64,000 bases of DNA, from the NCBI RefSeq assembly GCF_046119375.1, contig NW_027362773.1, positions 125,178,001 through 125,242,000 of the forward strand. Direction: 5' to 3'. A model generated the notes under the pieces. It saw only the letters and a program-made list of their open reading frames with translations. It was not told the origin of the DNA and did not search any database. The translations under genes and the position numbers were made by a program. The stretch comes from Phyllobates terribilis. Its lineage: Eukaryota. Positions within the stretch are counted from its first letter, which is position 1. Each line of letters begins with the position of its first letter. Below, in pieces: positions 39,866 through 51,921 of the stretch.

Positions 39866-40538
39866 TGTTACGGGTCCAGGGGGTGGAACCTCTGTGCTAC
39901 GGTGCAAGGTGGGACCCGGAGGGGCGTAACTAAGTATCAACCTGGACCGACCCGGGTCGACGGCGGCTAACGACTCCGTGACCAGGGAGTGACCGAGTCG
40001 AGAGACCAGGTGCTACTCTGGGGACGACCTTGTAAGGGAGCAGGTGACTCCCACGGTACAGATGGCAGGGACTGACCGGAATAGCAGGTAGGCACAGCAG
40101 GCAGGCTGGCGAGCAGATCAGGTAGACACGGCAAGTGACGGCAGGAGTCTCTAGGTGGGCTGGCAGGTGGTAACGGCAAGTGACGGCAGGAGTCTCTAGG
40201 TGGTCCCGGCAAGTGACGGCAGGAGTTTCTAGGTGGGCTGGCAGGTGGTCACGGCACGGCAAGTGACGGCAGGAGTCTCTAGGTGGGCTGGCAGGTGGTC
40301 ATGACAAGTGACGGCAGGAGTCTCTAGGTGGTCACGGCAAGTGACGGCAGGAGCCTCCGGGAAGGCACGGCAGGTAACAAGCAGGTAACAGGCAGGTCAC
40401 AGGCAAGTGCTCCCAGGTGAGCGGGCTGGCAAGCACGGCAGGTAACTGGCAGGCAACAGAGAAGTGCTCCCAGGTGAGTGGACTGGCAGGCATGGCAGGT
40501 AACAGGCAGGCAACAGGCAAGTGCTCCCAGCTGAGCGG

Positions 40539-41409
40539 GCTCCTTCCCGGGCACTGTGCTTAGGGCGCGCGCGCGCTCCCCCTCTCTTAAAGGGGCCACA
40601 CGCGTCGTCCTAAGGAGTCCCCGGCCAATTGCCGGAGGACTTCCCATATATAAGGCACCTCCTCCAAAATGGAGGTGCCCGAGCAAAGTTGTTTGCACTG
40701 TGTCTGATCTGTGCTTCAGCCCTCAGGTCCCACTGCTAGCCTGGCTTCTCGTCCTGCTTGCCAGCCTGTTATCTGTCCGTTACCTGCCTGTTACCTGCCT
40801 TGGCTATCTGCCCGCTCACCTGGGAGCACCCACCTGTTACCTGCTGTGTCCGTCAGCCCGCTCACCTGGGAGCACCCGCCTGTTACCTGCCTTGTCTGTC
40901 TGCCCGCTCACCTGGGAGCGCCCACCTGTTACCTGCCAGTTACCTGCCTCGTCTGTCTGCCGGCTCACCTGGGAGCACCCACCAGTTACCTGCCAGTTAC
41001 CCGCCTCGTCTGTCTGCCCGCTCACCTGGGAGCACCTGCCTGTTTCCTGCCAGCCTGCCTGGAGACCCTGCCGTCACTTGCTGTGACCACCTACCTGGTA
41101 AACCTAAAGACTGCTACTTGCCCTGCTTTCTCGAACTGTGACCACCTGTCTGCTACCAGAGACTTCCGCCTGCTTGCCGTGTCCATCCGCCATACCGGTC
41201 AGTCCCAGCCATCTGACCCGTGGGAGCCACCTGCTCTCTTACAAGGTCGTCCCCAGAGTAGCACCTGGTCCCTCAGCCCGGATCCTCCCTGGTCACGGTG
41301 TCGTTAGCTGCCATATGACCAGGGTCGGTTCGGGTGGATACTTAGTCACGCCCCTCTGGGTCCCTCCTTGCACCTCGGCACAGAGGTTCCACCACCCGGA
41401 CCCGTAACA
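40539..41409 (+). mobile_element. Same-family LTR in opposite orientation, 5'-truncated, inside Gypsy copy 1
   Basis: TATATAA-hairpin-gcccgagcaaa, ends cccgtaaca at 41409 abutting integrase sequence. Confidence 0.85.
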
Positions 41410-44206
41410 GCATGTTTCTTCATCCGCTCGGAGGACTGAAGAAGTGCGGACCTAGTATTTTCCCAAATGGTGGAGAATTCGCTGACAAGAGCCTCCACGG
41501 CAGGGTTGTACACCGAGGCGGAGATGGGAAACGGAATCCGGGGATGTTGACCGTGGACCACGAAGAACGGGGGATTTAGAAGTAGATTTGCTCTCATGGT
41601 TGTTGTAGGAGAATTCGGCCCATGGTAGGAGCTCCACCCAAACGGTATGGTGAGCGTTAACAAAGTGCCGGAGGTAGCTGTAAGATTTGGTTGATACGCT
41701 CCACTTGGCCATTGGACTGTGGATGGTAGGCAGAGGAGAAATCCAGGGTGACATCCAGTAGCTTACAGGTAGCTCTCCAGAAACGTGAGGTGAACTGAAC
41801 CCCTCGATCCGATACAATGTGGAGGGGTAGGCCATGGAGACGGAAGATATGACGGAAAAAATCCTTGGCCAGCTCCGATGCAGACGGGAGACTAGGCAGA
41901 GGAATGAAGTGGGCCATCTTAGAGAAGCGGCCGGCGACCACCCAAATGACTGTATAACCGGCAGAAACAGGGAGATCAGTAATAAAGTCCATGGCAATGT
42001 GCTGCCACGGGGCAGCAGGTACGGGAAGAGGCAGGAGGCGACCGGCTGGAAGATGTCTGGGAACTTTGTTGCGGGCACAGGACGAACAGGCCGAGACGAA
42101 GTCTACCACATCCTTCTGCAGGGTAGGCCACCAGTAATGCCGGGTAATGAGTAGGAAGGTCTTCTTTTGGCCAGCATGGCCGGCTAGTTTAGATGAATGA
42201 CCCCAGTGAAAAACCTTCTCACAATCTGGTACCGCTACAAACGTCTTACCGGGTGGAAGACGAGTCAGATCCAAGGAGGCCACATTCATCATTTTGGAGT
42301 GGTCGATGATGTGCATAGGCTCCTCCTCTTGATCGGAGGACAGGAAGGATCAGGACAAGGCGTCGGCTTTGACATTCTTGTCCGCCGGGCGGAAATGTAA
42401 GAAGAAGTCGAAGCGGGCGAAGAACAAAGACCACCGGGCCTGACGCGGATTGAGTCTTTGGGCATTCTGGAGATATGCCAGTTTTTTGTGATCCGTATAG
42501 ATGATCACCGGGTATAGAGCCCCTTCAAGCAGGTAATGCCACTCCTCCAGCGCCAATTTAACGGCTAAGAGTTCTCAGTCTCCAATGGAGTAGTTGCGCT
42601 CAGAGGAGGAGAAGAGTTTGGAGAAGAAGCCGCAGGTTACCATTCTCCCGGATGAAGACTTTTGGGTGAGCACCGCTCCGGCTCCGGAGGAGGCAGCATC
42701 AACCTCCAGGTAGAACTGTTTGTTGCAGTCCGGACGGTGCAGCACTGGGGCAGAGGAGAAGGCTTGCTTTAAGGAAAGGAAGGCCTCCTCAGCTTCGGGC
42801 GACCATTCCTTGGGATTTGCTCCCTTACGGGTGAGCGCAGATATGGGAGCAGTCAGGGAAGAGAAGTGCGGGATGAAGAGACGATAGCAGTTGGCGAAGC
42901 CCAGGAATCGCTGAATCACCTTCAACCCCTCCGGACGGGGCCACTTTAGGACAGCAGAGAGCTTCTCGGGATCCATTCGTAGGCCTGTCTGGGAGATAAC
43001 ATAGCCCAGGAAAGGAAGAGAGGTCTGCTCGAAGAGGCACTTCTCGAACTTTGCATAGAGGTGATTCTGCCTGAGCCTAAGCAGGACCTGACGTACATCC
43101 CTCCGGTGTGTGGGAAGATCCGGAGAGAAGACCAAGATATCATCCAGGTACACCACCACGCAAGAGTAAAGAAGATCACGGAAGATGTAGTTGACCAATT
43201 CTTGGAAGATGGCAGGAGCATTGCAGAGACCGAAGGTCATCACACAGTATTCATAGTGACCGTCCCGGGTATTGAATGCCGTCTTCCACTCGTCTCCTTG
43301 ACGGATTCGGACCAGGTTATACGCCCCACGTAGATCTAGCTTGGTAAAGATCCTAGCTCCCTTAAGACGGTCAAACAACTCGGAGATGAGCGGCAGGGGG
43401 TATTTGTTCTTTACGGTGATTTGGTTGAGTCCCCTATAGTCAATACAGGGGCTTAATGAACCATCTTTCTTCTTGACGAAGAAGAATCCGGCTCCAGCCA
43501 GGGAGGTAGATTTCCGGATGAATCCCCTGGCCAGATTCTCCTCGATGTACTCCGACATGGCCCGGGTTTCGGCCAACGACAATGGGTAAATACGCCCACG
43601 GGGTGGAGAGGCGCCGGGTACCAGGTTGATCGGGCAATCATATGGCCTATGAGGTGGCAGTGTCTCTGCTTCCTTTTTACCGAAGACATCTGCATAGGAC
43701 CAGTAAGGTGCTGGAAGACCGGGTAAATTAGCCGGGGTAGGTGGAGGACGAGCTGGGCGAACCGGAACTAGGCAGGTCCTATGGCAGTCCTGCCCCCACC
43801 GGAGTACTTCACCGGATTGCCAGTTCAGCACGGGTTCATGTGTCTGGAGCCAGGGTAGACCTAGCAATAGGGAGAGTCCGGACAGCACATGGAAGGAGAT
43901 CTTCTCAGAGTGCAGCATTCCCACCTGCAGGGTTATGGGTTCAGTGATGAGCAGGATGGTCACCGGAAGGAGTCTTCCATCCACGGAGGCAACTGACAAT
44001 GGTTCAGCCAGAGGTCTGGTGGCAATCCGGTATCTCTCTACCAGGGACTGGGAAATGAGGTTTCCAGCAGCTCCAGAATCCAGGTGAGCAATTTCAAAGT
44101 GACGGTTCTCTCCCTAGGAGATAGAGACAGACAAAGTCAGCGATGGAGAGGGCTTACTTTTGCCTAGGATGACCTCTCCGAGCGGTCCTAGACACTGGAG
44201 TTTCCC
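41410..44206 (-). pseudogene. pol of Gypsy copy 1 (protease, RT, RNase H, integrase), several frameshifts/stops, truncated after RMKKHA
   Basis: ORF pieces 42575-43999 (YLDD), 42350-42556, 41657-42316 (HHCC, MDFITDL, SDRG, QVER). Confidence 0.9.
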
Positions 44207-45135
44207 GGCTTCTCCGGGCAGGAACGGATGAAGTGCTCCTTACTGCCACAATAGAAACAGCTCCCCTCGGCTCAGCGTGACTCTTGGCGAGATTTGACCA
44301 TCTTGGTCTGGTCGATCTGCATAGGTTCGGGCGAGTGCACCCGGGGAGTGACAGGTTGAGAGGCAGGTCTCTGGAAAGTAGGCGAAAGGCGAGGAAACTT
44401 TCTCTCCCGGGTAGTCTCTTTGGTACGTTCTCGGAAACGGATGTCAATCCGAGTAGCTAGTGACACTAGGTCATCCAGGGTGGTAGGAATGTCCCGACCG
44501 GCTAACTCGTCCTTAATCCAACCAGAAAGACCCTCCCAGAAGACGGACGCCAGAGTCTCGTCCCAGGCAAGCTCAGAAGCGAGGGTACGGAACCGTATGG
44601 CATATTGGCCCATGGTGAGACTCTCTTGGTGGAGACGTAGCAGAGAGGAGGCTGAAGAGGATTTTCGTCCTGGTTCATCGAAGACTTTCCGGAAAGCAGC
44701 GACGAAAGACGACAGGTCGGACACCAAGGGATCCCCTCTCTCCCACAGGGGATTTAGCCATGCCAGTGCTTCCCCAGTGAGATGGGACATGATGAATGCC
44801 ACCTTGGCCCTGTCGGAGATGAACTGATGTACCAAGAGTTCGAAGTGCAGGGTGCACTGGTTTATGAAACCTCGAGCTAAGGCGGGGTTGCCAGCAAAAC
44901 GTGGAGGTGCCGAGAGCCGGGGTCCAGGGCTGGATGCCGTGGTATTGGTGGGCAGTGTTGCTGCCGGAGCGGAAGTCACACGACTCGAGGTGGATACAGG
45001 TGGGACAGACAGCGTGTCCAGTCGGGAGTTGACATTCCGCAGGTAGTTCAGAATGGTTTCCTGTTGGGATCTCTGACGAGAAACCTCCTGGTACAGGTCT
45101 GTAAGCGAGGGGGCTTGGGGGCCACCGGGTTCCAT
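44188..45135 (-). pseudogene. gag of Gypsy copy 1 (retrotransposon gag + CCHC knuckle), premature TGA at 44272-44274
   Basis: Collinear with the intact gag at 53116; in-frame stop just before [14 protein letters not shown]. Confidence 0.88.
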
Positions 45136-46574
45136 GGCCCGAGCAAACTGTTACGGGTCCAGGGGGTGGAATCTCTGTGCTACGGTGCAAGGAGGGACCC
45201 AGAGGGGTGTAACTAAATATCAACCCGGACCGACCCTGGTCGACGGCGCCTAACGACTCCGTGACCAGGGAGGGACCGAGCCGAGGGACCAGGCGCTGCT
45301 CTGGGGACGAGCAGGTGACTCCCACGGTACAGATGGCAGGGACTGACCGGAATAGCAGGTAGGCACAGCAGGCAGGCTGGCGAGCAGAAGCCTCCAGGTA
45401 GGCTATCAGGTAGACACGGCAAGTGACGGCAGGAGTCTCTAGGTGGGCTGGCTGGTGGTCACGGCAAGTGACGGCAGGAGTCTCTAGGTGGTCCCGGCAA
45501 GTGACGGCAGGAGTCTCTAGGTGGGCTGGCAGGTGGTCACGGCAAGTGACGGCAGGAGTCTCTAGGTGGTCACGGCAAGTGACGGCAGGAGCCTCCGGGA
45601 AGGCACGGCAGGTAACAAGCAGGTAACAGGCAGGTCACAGGCAAGTGCTCCCAGGTGAGCGGGCTGGCAGGCACGGCAGGTAACTGGCAGGCAACAGACA
45701 AGTGCTCCCAGGTGAGTGGACTGGCAGGTAACAGGCAGGCAACAGGCAAGTGCTCCCAGGTGAGCGGGCTGGCAGGCAAGACTGGTAGTCAGGCTAGCAG
45801 CGGGACCTGAGGGCTGAAGCAGAGGTAAGAAACACTGTGCAACAACTTTTGCTCAGGCACCTCCATTTTGGAGGAGGTGCCTTATATATGGGAGGACCCT
45901 CGGCTATTGGCTGGTGACTCCTTAGGACGGCGCACGCGGCCCCTTTAAGAGGGAGGGAGCGCGCGCCCTAAGCACAGTGCCCGGGGAGCAGCGCGCGCCG
46001 GCAGCAGGAAGAGGAGCGCAGTTGAACGCAGAGCGGGGAGCGTGGGGAGCGAGGAGGTGAGTGGGACGGCGTCTCTGCCTGGCAGGGGGCAGAGACGCCG
46101 ATGCTACACAGGAGCTCTGTATACAGTGTATAGTGTGCATTTACATGTAATACACCGACTCACCAGTGACGTCTCTAGTAGAAGTCCTTCATCTTATCTT
46201 TTCTTTTTTCATCCGGCACAGACCACCATCACTTCTTCCATCCAGGACTTGTCGCTGCAGAAAATAACACACAGTTATCAATATGTGATCACTTCTAGAG
46301 CACATTCCACACTTATTCCCTGATTTCTACACTACACCAGATGAAGAAAAAAAGCGACAGAGTGCCGCCCTGCACAGTAACTGGACCCCCCTTTTGTTAC
46401 TCCCCCATGGAGAACAGTATCCACAAAAGTAAATTATATTACAGCAGTAATGTTCCCTACAGTAATTATGTCCCCACTTGCCACCATAAATTAATAATAC
46501 CTCATCCTGGCCCCCATACTGTAATTGTCACCCATCTTGGCCCCCTTTATTTAATAATGTCCCCCATCCAAGGA

Positions 46575-48170
46575 TCCCATGTATCCGCCCCCCCTCCATC
46601 CTGGGCCTGTATGTATCCCCCCCACCCATCCTGGGCCTGTATGTATCACCCCCCATCATGGGCCCCCATGTATCATCCTCTTTACTCCCCCCCATCATGG
46701 GCCCCTATGTGTGATCCACTCTCTCGCCCCCCTCTATCATGGGCCCCTATGTGTGATTCACTCTCTCACCCCCCCTCCATCATGGGCCCCTATGTGTGAT
46801 CCACTCTCTCGCCCCCCCTCCATCATGGGCCCCTAAGTGTGATCCGCTCTTCCCCCTCCTCCATCATGGGCCCCTATGTGTCACCCCCCTCCATCATGGG
46901 CCCCTATGTGTCATATCCCCCTCCTCCATCTTGGGCACCTATGTGTCATACCCCCCCTCCATCATAGGCCCCTGGGTGTCATTCCACCCCTCCATCATGG
47001 GCCCCTGTGTGTCATATCCCCCCCTCCATCATGGGCCCCTGTGTGTCATATCCCCCCTCTTCCATCATGGGCCCCTATGTGTCATATCCCCCTGCCCTCC
47101 ATCATGGGCCCCTGTGTGCCATATCCCCCCTCCATCATAGGCCCTTGTGTGTCATATCCTCCCCCCTCCATCATGGTCCCCTGTGTGCCATCCCCCCCTC
47201 CATCATCGGCCCCTGTGTGCCATACCCTCCCCTCCATCATAGGCCCCTGTTTGTCATATCTCCCCCTCCATCATGGGCCCTGTGTGTCATATCCCCACCC
47301 TCCATCATGGGCCCCTGTCTGTCACATCCGCCCTCCATCATGGGCCCTGGGTGTCATATCCCCCCCTCCATCATGGGTCCCTGTGTGTCATATCCCCCCC
47401 GCCATCATGGGCCCCTTTGTGTCATATCCCACCCCTCCCCCTCCATCATGGGCCCCTATGTGTCATATCCCCCCTCCATCAGGGGCTCCTGTGTGTCATA
47501 TCCCCCCCTCCATCATGGGCACTTGTGTGTCATATCCCCCACCTCCATCATGGGTCCCTGTATGTCATATCCCGCCCCCTCCATCATGGGCCCCTGTGTG
47601 TCATATCCCCCACCTCCATCATGGGTCCCTGTGTGTCATATCCTGCCCCCTCCATCATGGGCCCCTATGTGTCATATTCCACCCTCCATAATGGGCCCCT
47701 ATGTGTCATTGCTCCCCTCCATCATGGGCCCCTGTGTGTCACCCCCCCTCCATCATGGGCCCCTATGTGTCATATCCCCCCCTCCATCATAGGCCCCTGT
47801 GTGTCATATCACCCCGCCCTCCATCATGGACCCTGTGTGCCATATCCCCCCCCTCCATCATAGGCCCCTGTGTGTCATATCCCCCCCTCCATCATGGGCC
47901 CCTATATGTCATATCCCCCCCCTCCATCATAGGCCCCTGTGTGTCATATCCCCCCCCCCTCCATCATGGGCCCCTGTGTGCCATATCCCCCCCCCTCCTT
48001 CATAGGCCCCTGTGTGTCATATCCACGCCCCCTCCATCATTGGTCCCTGTGTGTCATATCCCGCCCCCTCCATCATAGGCCCCTGTGTGTCATATCCCCC
48101 CCTCCATCATGGGTCCCTGTGTGTCATATACCACCCCCTCCATCATGGGCCTCTATGTGCCATCCGCCCC
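46575..48170. repeat. ~33-bp minisatellite (ccccctccatcatgggcccctgtgtgtcatatc), ~1.6 kb
   Basis: Directly visible degenerate tandem array; source of the Pro/His/Cys-rich ORFs at 46341-48349. Confidence 0.95.
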
Positions 48171-49975
48171 CTCATTCATATAGGAAAAAAAAAACTTCTT
48201 ACCTTCCTGCGCTCCCCCGGCAGCGTCCTCTGCAGCTTAATAACGGCGTGGACGTGTGGTCTGCAACAGGGCCGCTGATCCATCGGAGGCCTCGCTCTGT
48301 TAGCAGCCCGCCGGCCGGAGGGCATCTCCACATCGCTGCTATTTGCTGAGCACTTGACGCGCCCAGGGGATGGGGACGACTCAGTATCCGGGCCTTTACC
48401 TGGTTTGGGGATTTCGCAGTGGTCGGCTCCCGGGCCCGTACCCTGGGGTCACTCTTGAAAAAGGGGATTGGAACTTGGATAAAATAAATAAACAGTTCGT
48501 GACGCCACCTGTGGTACCTGGTAATGATTACCAGCACTGCTTCAGACCTCCGGGGGTGTTGGGATGGCAGCTGAGGTGTTTCTGCTCCCCACAGGTGGAG
48601 CGGGTCCCCGGGGCAGGGATGGTGTGAAGGGATGCAGGAGAGAGGGGACCCAGCCGGGTCAGAGGAAGAACAGACACGCACACAGGGGTTCGCTTCAGTA
48701 CCTTTACTGATGATGGTAGTCAGGTACGGTCCGGGGTACTTGTAGGTAGTGTGCACTTCTGGACTTGCTCCCCAGTGAGCAGGTGTAAGGCCTCCTTGCC
48801 TGTATCTTCCTGCCTCTCTCCCTGGAGCTTCTGACCTGCCTGGAACAGGGTCTAGCTTCCTTGATGTTTCTCTCACCCGTATGCTTGGCGGCGAGGGCTT
48901 TCCCCTGGTTACCACTATCCCTGGACGCCGAGGCCTTCATGGTACCTATTCCTCTGAATGTGAGGTATTCACGGGTGGACCGAGGGATATAAAATCCTCC
49001 TCGGTATGCCGGATTCCCTACTGGGCATAGAGATCCCAATAGGCAGGGGCCCGATGCCCGGCTTGCGTCTGGGACGAACCTTCTATGGTCCCTCTGTCCC
49101 AGATGGCTCTTCTCCTCTCCTCTGCCTTCTGGCCCACTCTAGACCCTCACTGGTCAGACTAGCCCGCAGCCTGGGGCCTAGCCTGGCCTTCAGCCACACT
49201 GACTTCAGCTTGTCTGGTGCTGCAGCATCGTGTCACACTCGCTGCTTCCCACTGACTGACTTCCTGAACTCCACCCCCCAGTATATATATACCTGACAGG
49301 GCTCCATCTAGTGGACTTGGGTGGAGGTGTCTGCATGTATTGAGGCCACTGGGAAGAATCCGTCTGTGCAACACCCAGGAGTTCTGTGACAGCCTGCAGC
49401 CGGAGGGCGTCACATTCCCCCCTAGTAAAAGTCAGTACTCCCGGACTGAAACAAATTTTTAAAACAGGTTACAATGATATCAATAACAATTTTATGAACA
49501 TAACTATTTTTCTTCCCTTTATGGGAGGCACTTGGCTTTAACGTTGCAATAACAGATTTAATAAACATTATTTATGCTTTACTGTAACGAAAATATTTTC
49601 TTTCTTTTTAATATATATAAAATACTTTTATAACAATTGAGCACACGCACATTAGCAGCAACACAACTTTACATTCTGCAACGGCCAGTTTTGATGAGAT
49701 CCCTCCTCGGCTGTGTCCCTCTCATCCGGGTAAGCTGGCTTGTGGGGCACCTGCTCCAAACTCCCAACGAAGGTCCTGGGCGGGCTGCAGGACTGGTGTA
49801 GGACCACTGGTTCGGCCATGCCAAGCAGGTTTTAGTGGTGGTGGTCTTGTGAAAACCACCAGGGTGCACCTCAGGAGGTGCAAACTATGTACAATGGTGG
49901 GACCGCTCATAGTTCACGGACTCCAAGTTCAGGTTAACTTATACTTAACATGAGAGCTACCGGGGAACTAGTAGC

Positions 49976-50236
49976 TCAAGAGCGCCCCCTCCTGGGCTGC
50001 GCCTGGTTATGGGAGGTGGGTGACCCGTCCTGGTCATCCTCCCGTTCAGTCAGGGTGTCCTGTTCCAACAGTTCCCTCACCCTCTGAACATTTAGGGCAT
50101 GCTGTAGAGCCATGGGCAGCATCCGTGCCATAGCTCCTGCTGGTGCGGCGACTGCTCCTGCCTGGGCAGCGCCGGGTGCAGACTGGTCATCTGGGGCATT
50201 AACTGGGGCCCCGGCGTGTTGCTGATCATCCGCCAT
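49976..50236 (-). CDS. 86-aa ORF of the non-autonomous LTR element (Ala-rich N-terminus, possible gag remnant)
   Basis: First good-context ATG (gcgATGG) after the PBS; no recognisable domain. Confidence 0.35.
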   Translation of the reverse strand: MADDQQHAGAPVNAPDDQSAPGAAQAGAVAAPAGAMARMLPMALQHALNVQRVRELLEQDTLTEREDDQDGSPTSHNQAQPRRGRS

Positions 50237-50595
50237 CGCTGTGCCCCCCTAGTTAACTGCGGCCTACCTTCCTGCTTGTAGAGCCGGCTGCGGTCCCCCG
50301 GATGGGAAGAGGAGAACTGCTTGACTAGCAGTTCCCGGTGCAGGACCTGGCGTCCCCTTGCGCCTGACGTCAGGGCGTGGGCTTCCTGGCACGACGGTCT
50401 CCTTCCAGGACCTGACGCTGCGTCAGTGCGTGAGGCGGAGCCTGGACTTCGCGCGGTTACGCCCCTCTTCTTCCCACGAGGCAACAGGAAAATGGCAGAT
50501 AATGGCGGGAAACCCCGGGAATGGCGGGAAATCTTCACCACAGTAAGTGTTACAGTCTTTTAATGCGAACAGTACCCGGTGGCAACGGGCACGAG

Positions 50596-50613
50596 ATCCT
50601 GTTCGTGACGCCA
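50596..50613 (-). other. Primer-binding site TGGCGTCACGAACAGGAT, complementary to a tRNA 3' end (tRNA-Ser(CGA) as recalled)
   Basis: Plus strand reads ATCCTGTTCGTGACG-CCA, the vertebrate tRNA-Ser-CGA 3' end from memory; 8 nt inside the 5' LTR boundary. Confidence 0.75.
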
Positions 50614-51709
50614 GAAAGAGATGACGCGCCCAGGGGATGGGGACGACTCGGTACCCGGGCCTTTACCTGGTTTGGGGATGTCGCGGTGGTCGGCTCCCGG
50701 GCCCGTACCCTGGGGTCACTCTTGAAAAAGGGGATTGAAACTTGGATAAAATAAACAGTTTGTGACGCCACCTGTGGTACCTGGTAATGATTACCAGCGC
50801 TGCTTCAGACCTCCGGGGTGTTGGGATGGCAGCTGAGGTGTTTCTGCTCCCCACACGTGGAGCGGGCCCCCGGGGCAGGGATGGTGTGAAGGGATGCAGG
50901 AGAGAGGGGACCCAGCCGGATCAGAGGAAGAACAGACACGCACACAGGGGTTCGCTTCAGTACCTTTACTGATGATGGTAGTCAGGTACGGTCCGGGGTA
51001 CTTGTAGGTGGTGTGCACTTCTGGACTTGCTCCCCAGTGAGCGGGTGTAAGGCCTCCTTGCCTGTATCTTCCTGCCTATCTCCCTGGAGCTTCTGACCTG
51101 TCTGGAACAGGGTCTAGCTTCCTTGATGTTTCTCTCACCCGTATGCTTGGCGGCGAGGGCTTTCCCCTGTTTACCACTATCCCTGGATGCCGGAGCCTTC
51201 GTGGTACCTATTCCTCTGAATGTGCGATACTCACGGGTGGACCGAGGGATATAAAATCCTCCTCGGTATGCCGGATTCCCTACTGGGCATAGAGATCCCA
51301 ATAGGCACGGGCCCGGTGCCCGGCTTGCGTCTGGGACGAACCTTCTATGGTCCCTCTGTCACAGATGGCTCTTCTCCTCTCCTCTGCCTTCTGGCCCACT
51401 CTAGGCCCTCACTGGTCAGACTAGCCCGCAGCCTGGGGCCTATCCTGGCCTTCAGCCACACAGACTTCAGCTTGTCTGGTGCTGCAGCATCGTGTCACAC
51501 TCACTGCTTCCCACTGACTGACTTCCTGAACTCCACCCCCCAGTATATACAGTACAGACCAAAAGTTTGGATACACCTTCTCATTTAAAGATTTTTCTGT
51601 ATTTTCATGACTATGAAAATTGTACATTCACACTGGTATCAAAACTATGAATTAACACATGTGGCATTATATACTTAACAAAAAAGTGTGAAACAACTGA
51701 AAATATGTC

Positions 51710-51921
51710 TTATATTCTAGGTTCTTCAAAGTAGCCACCTTTTGCTTTGTTGACTGCTTTGCATGCTCTTGGCATTCTCTTGATGAGCTTCAAGTGGTAG
51801 TCACCGGAAATGGTCTTCCAACAATCTTGAAGGAGTTCCCAGAGATGCTTAGCACTTATTGCCCCTTTTGCCTTCACTCTGCCGTCCAGCTCGCCCCAAA
51901 CCATCTTGATTGGGTACAGGT
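51710..51921 (-). pseudogene. Tc1 transposase, C-terminal part (YPIKMVWGELD...KGGYFEEPRI*)
   Basis: Continues the transposase after the CAGGT TSD; the third catalytic residue (E of NPIE) reads K. Confidence 0.88.

Larger units (their letters stand above)
39866..46108 (-). mobile_element. Ty3/Gypsy (Tf1/sushi-type) LTR retrotransposon, copy 1, decayed and rearranged
   Basis: TSD cagga (39861-65, 46109-13); 5' LTR 45149-46108 (TGT...ACA); 3' LTR remnant 39866-~40540; gag, PR, RT, RH, IN fragments. Confidence 0.92.

Noticed and set aside
46341-48349. Pro/His/Cys-rich keratin-associated-like ORFs
   Set aside because: Open in several frames because of the 33-bp array inside a transposon.
50596-50613. 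tRNA gene
   Set aside because: Only the last 18 nt including CCA are present; it is a primer-binding site.
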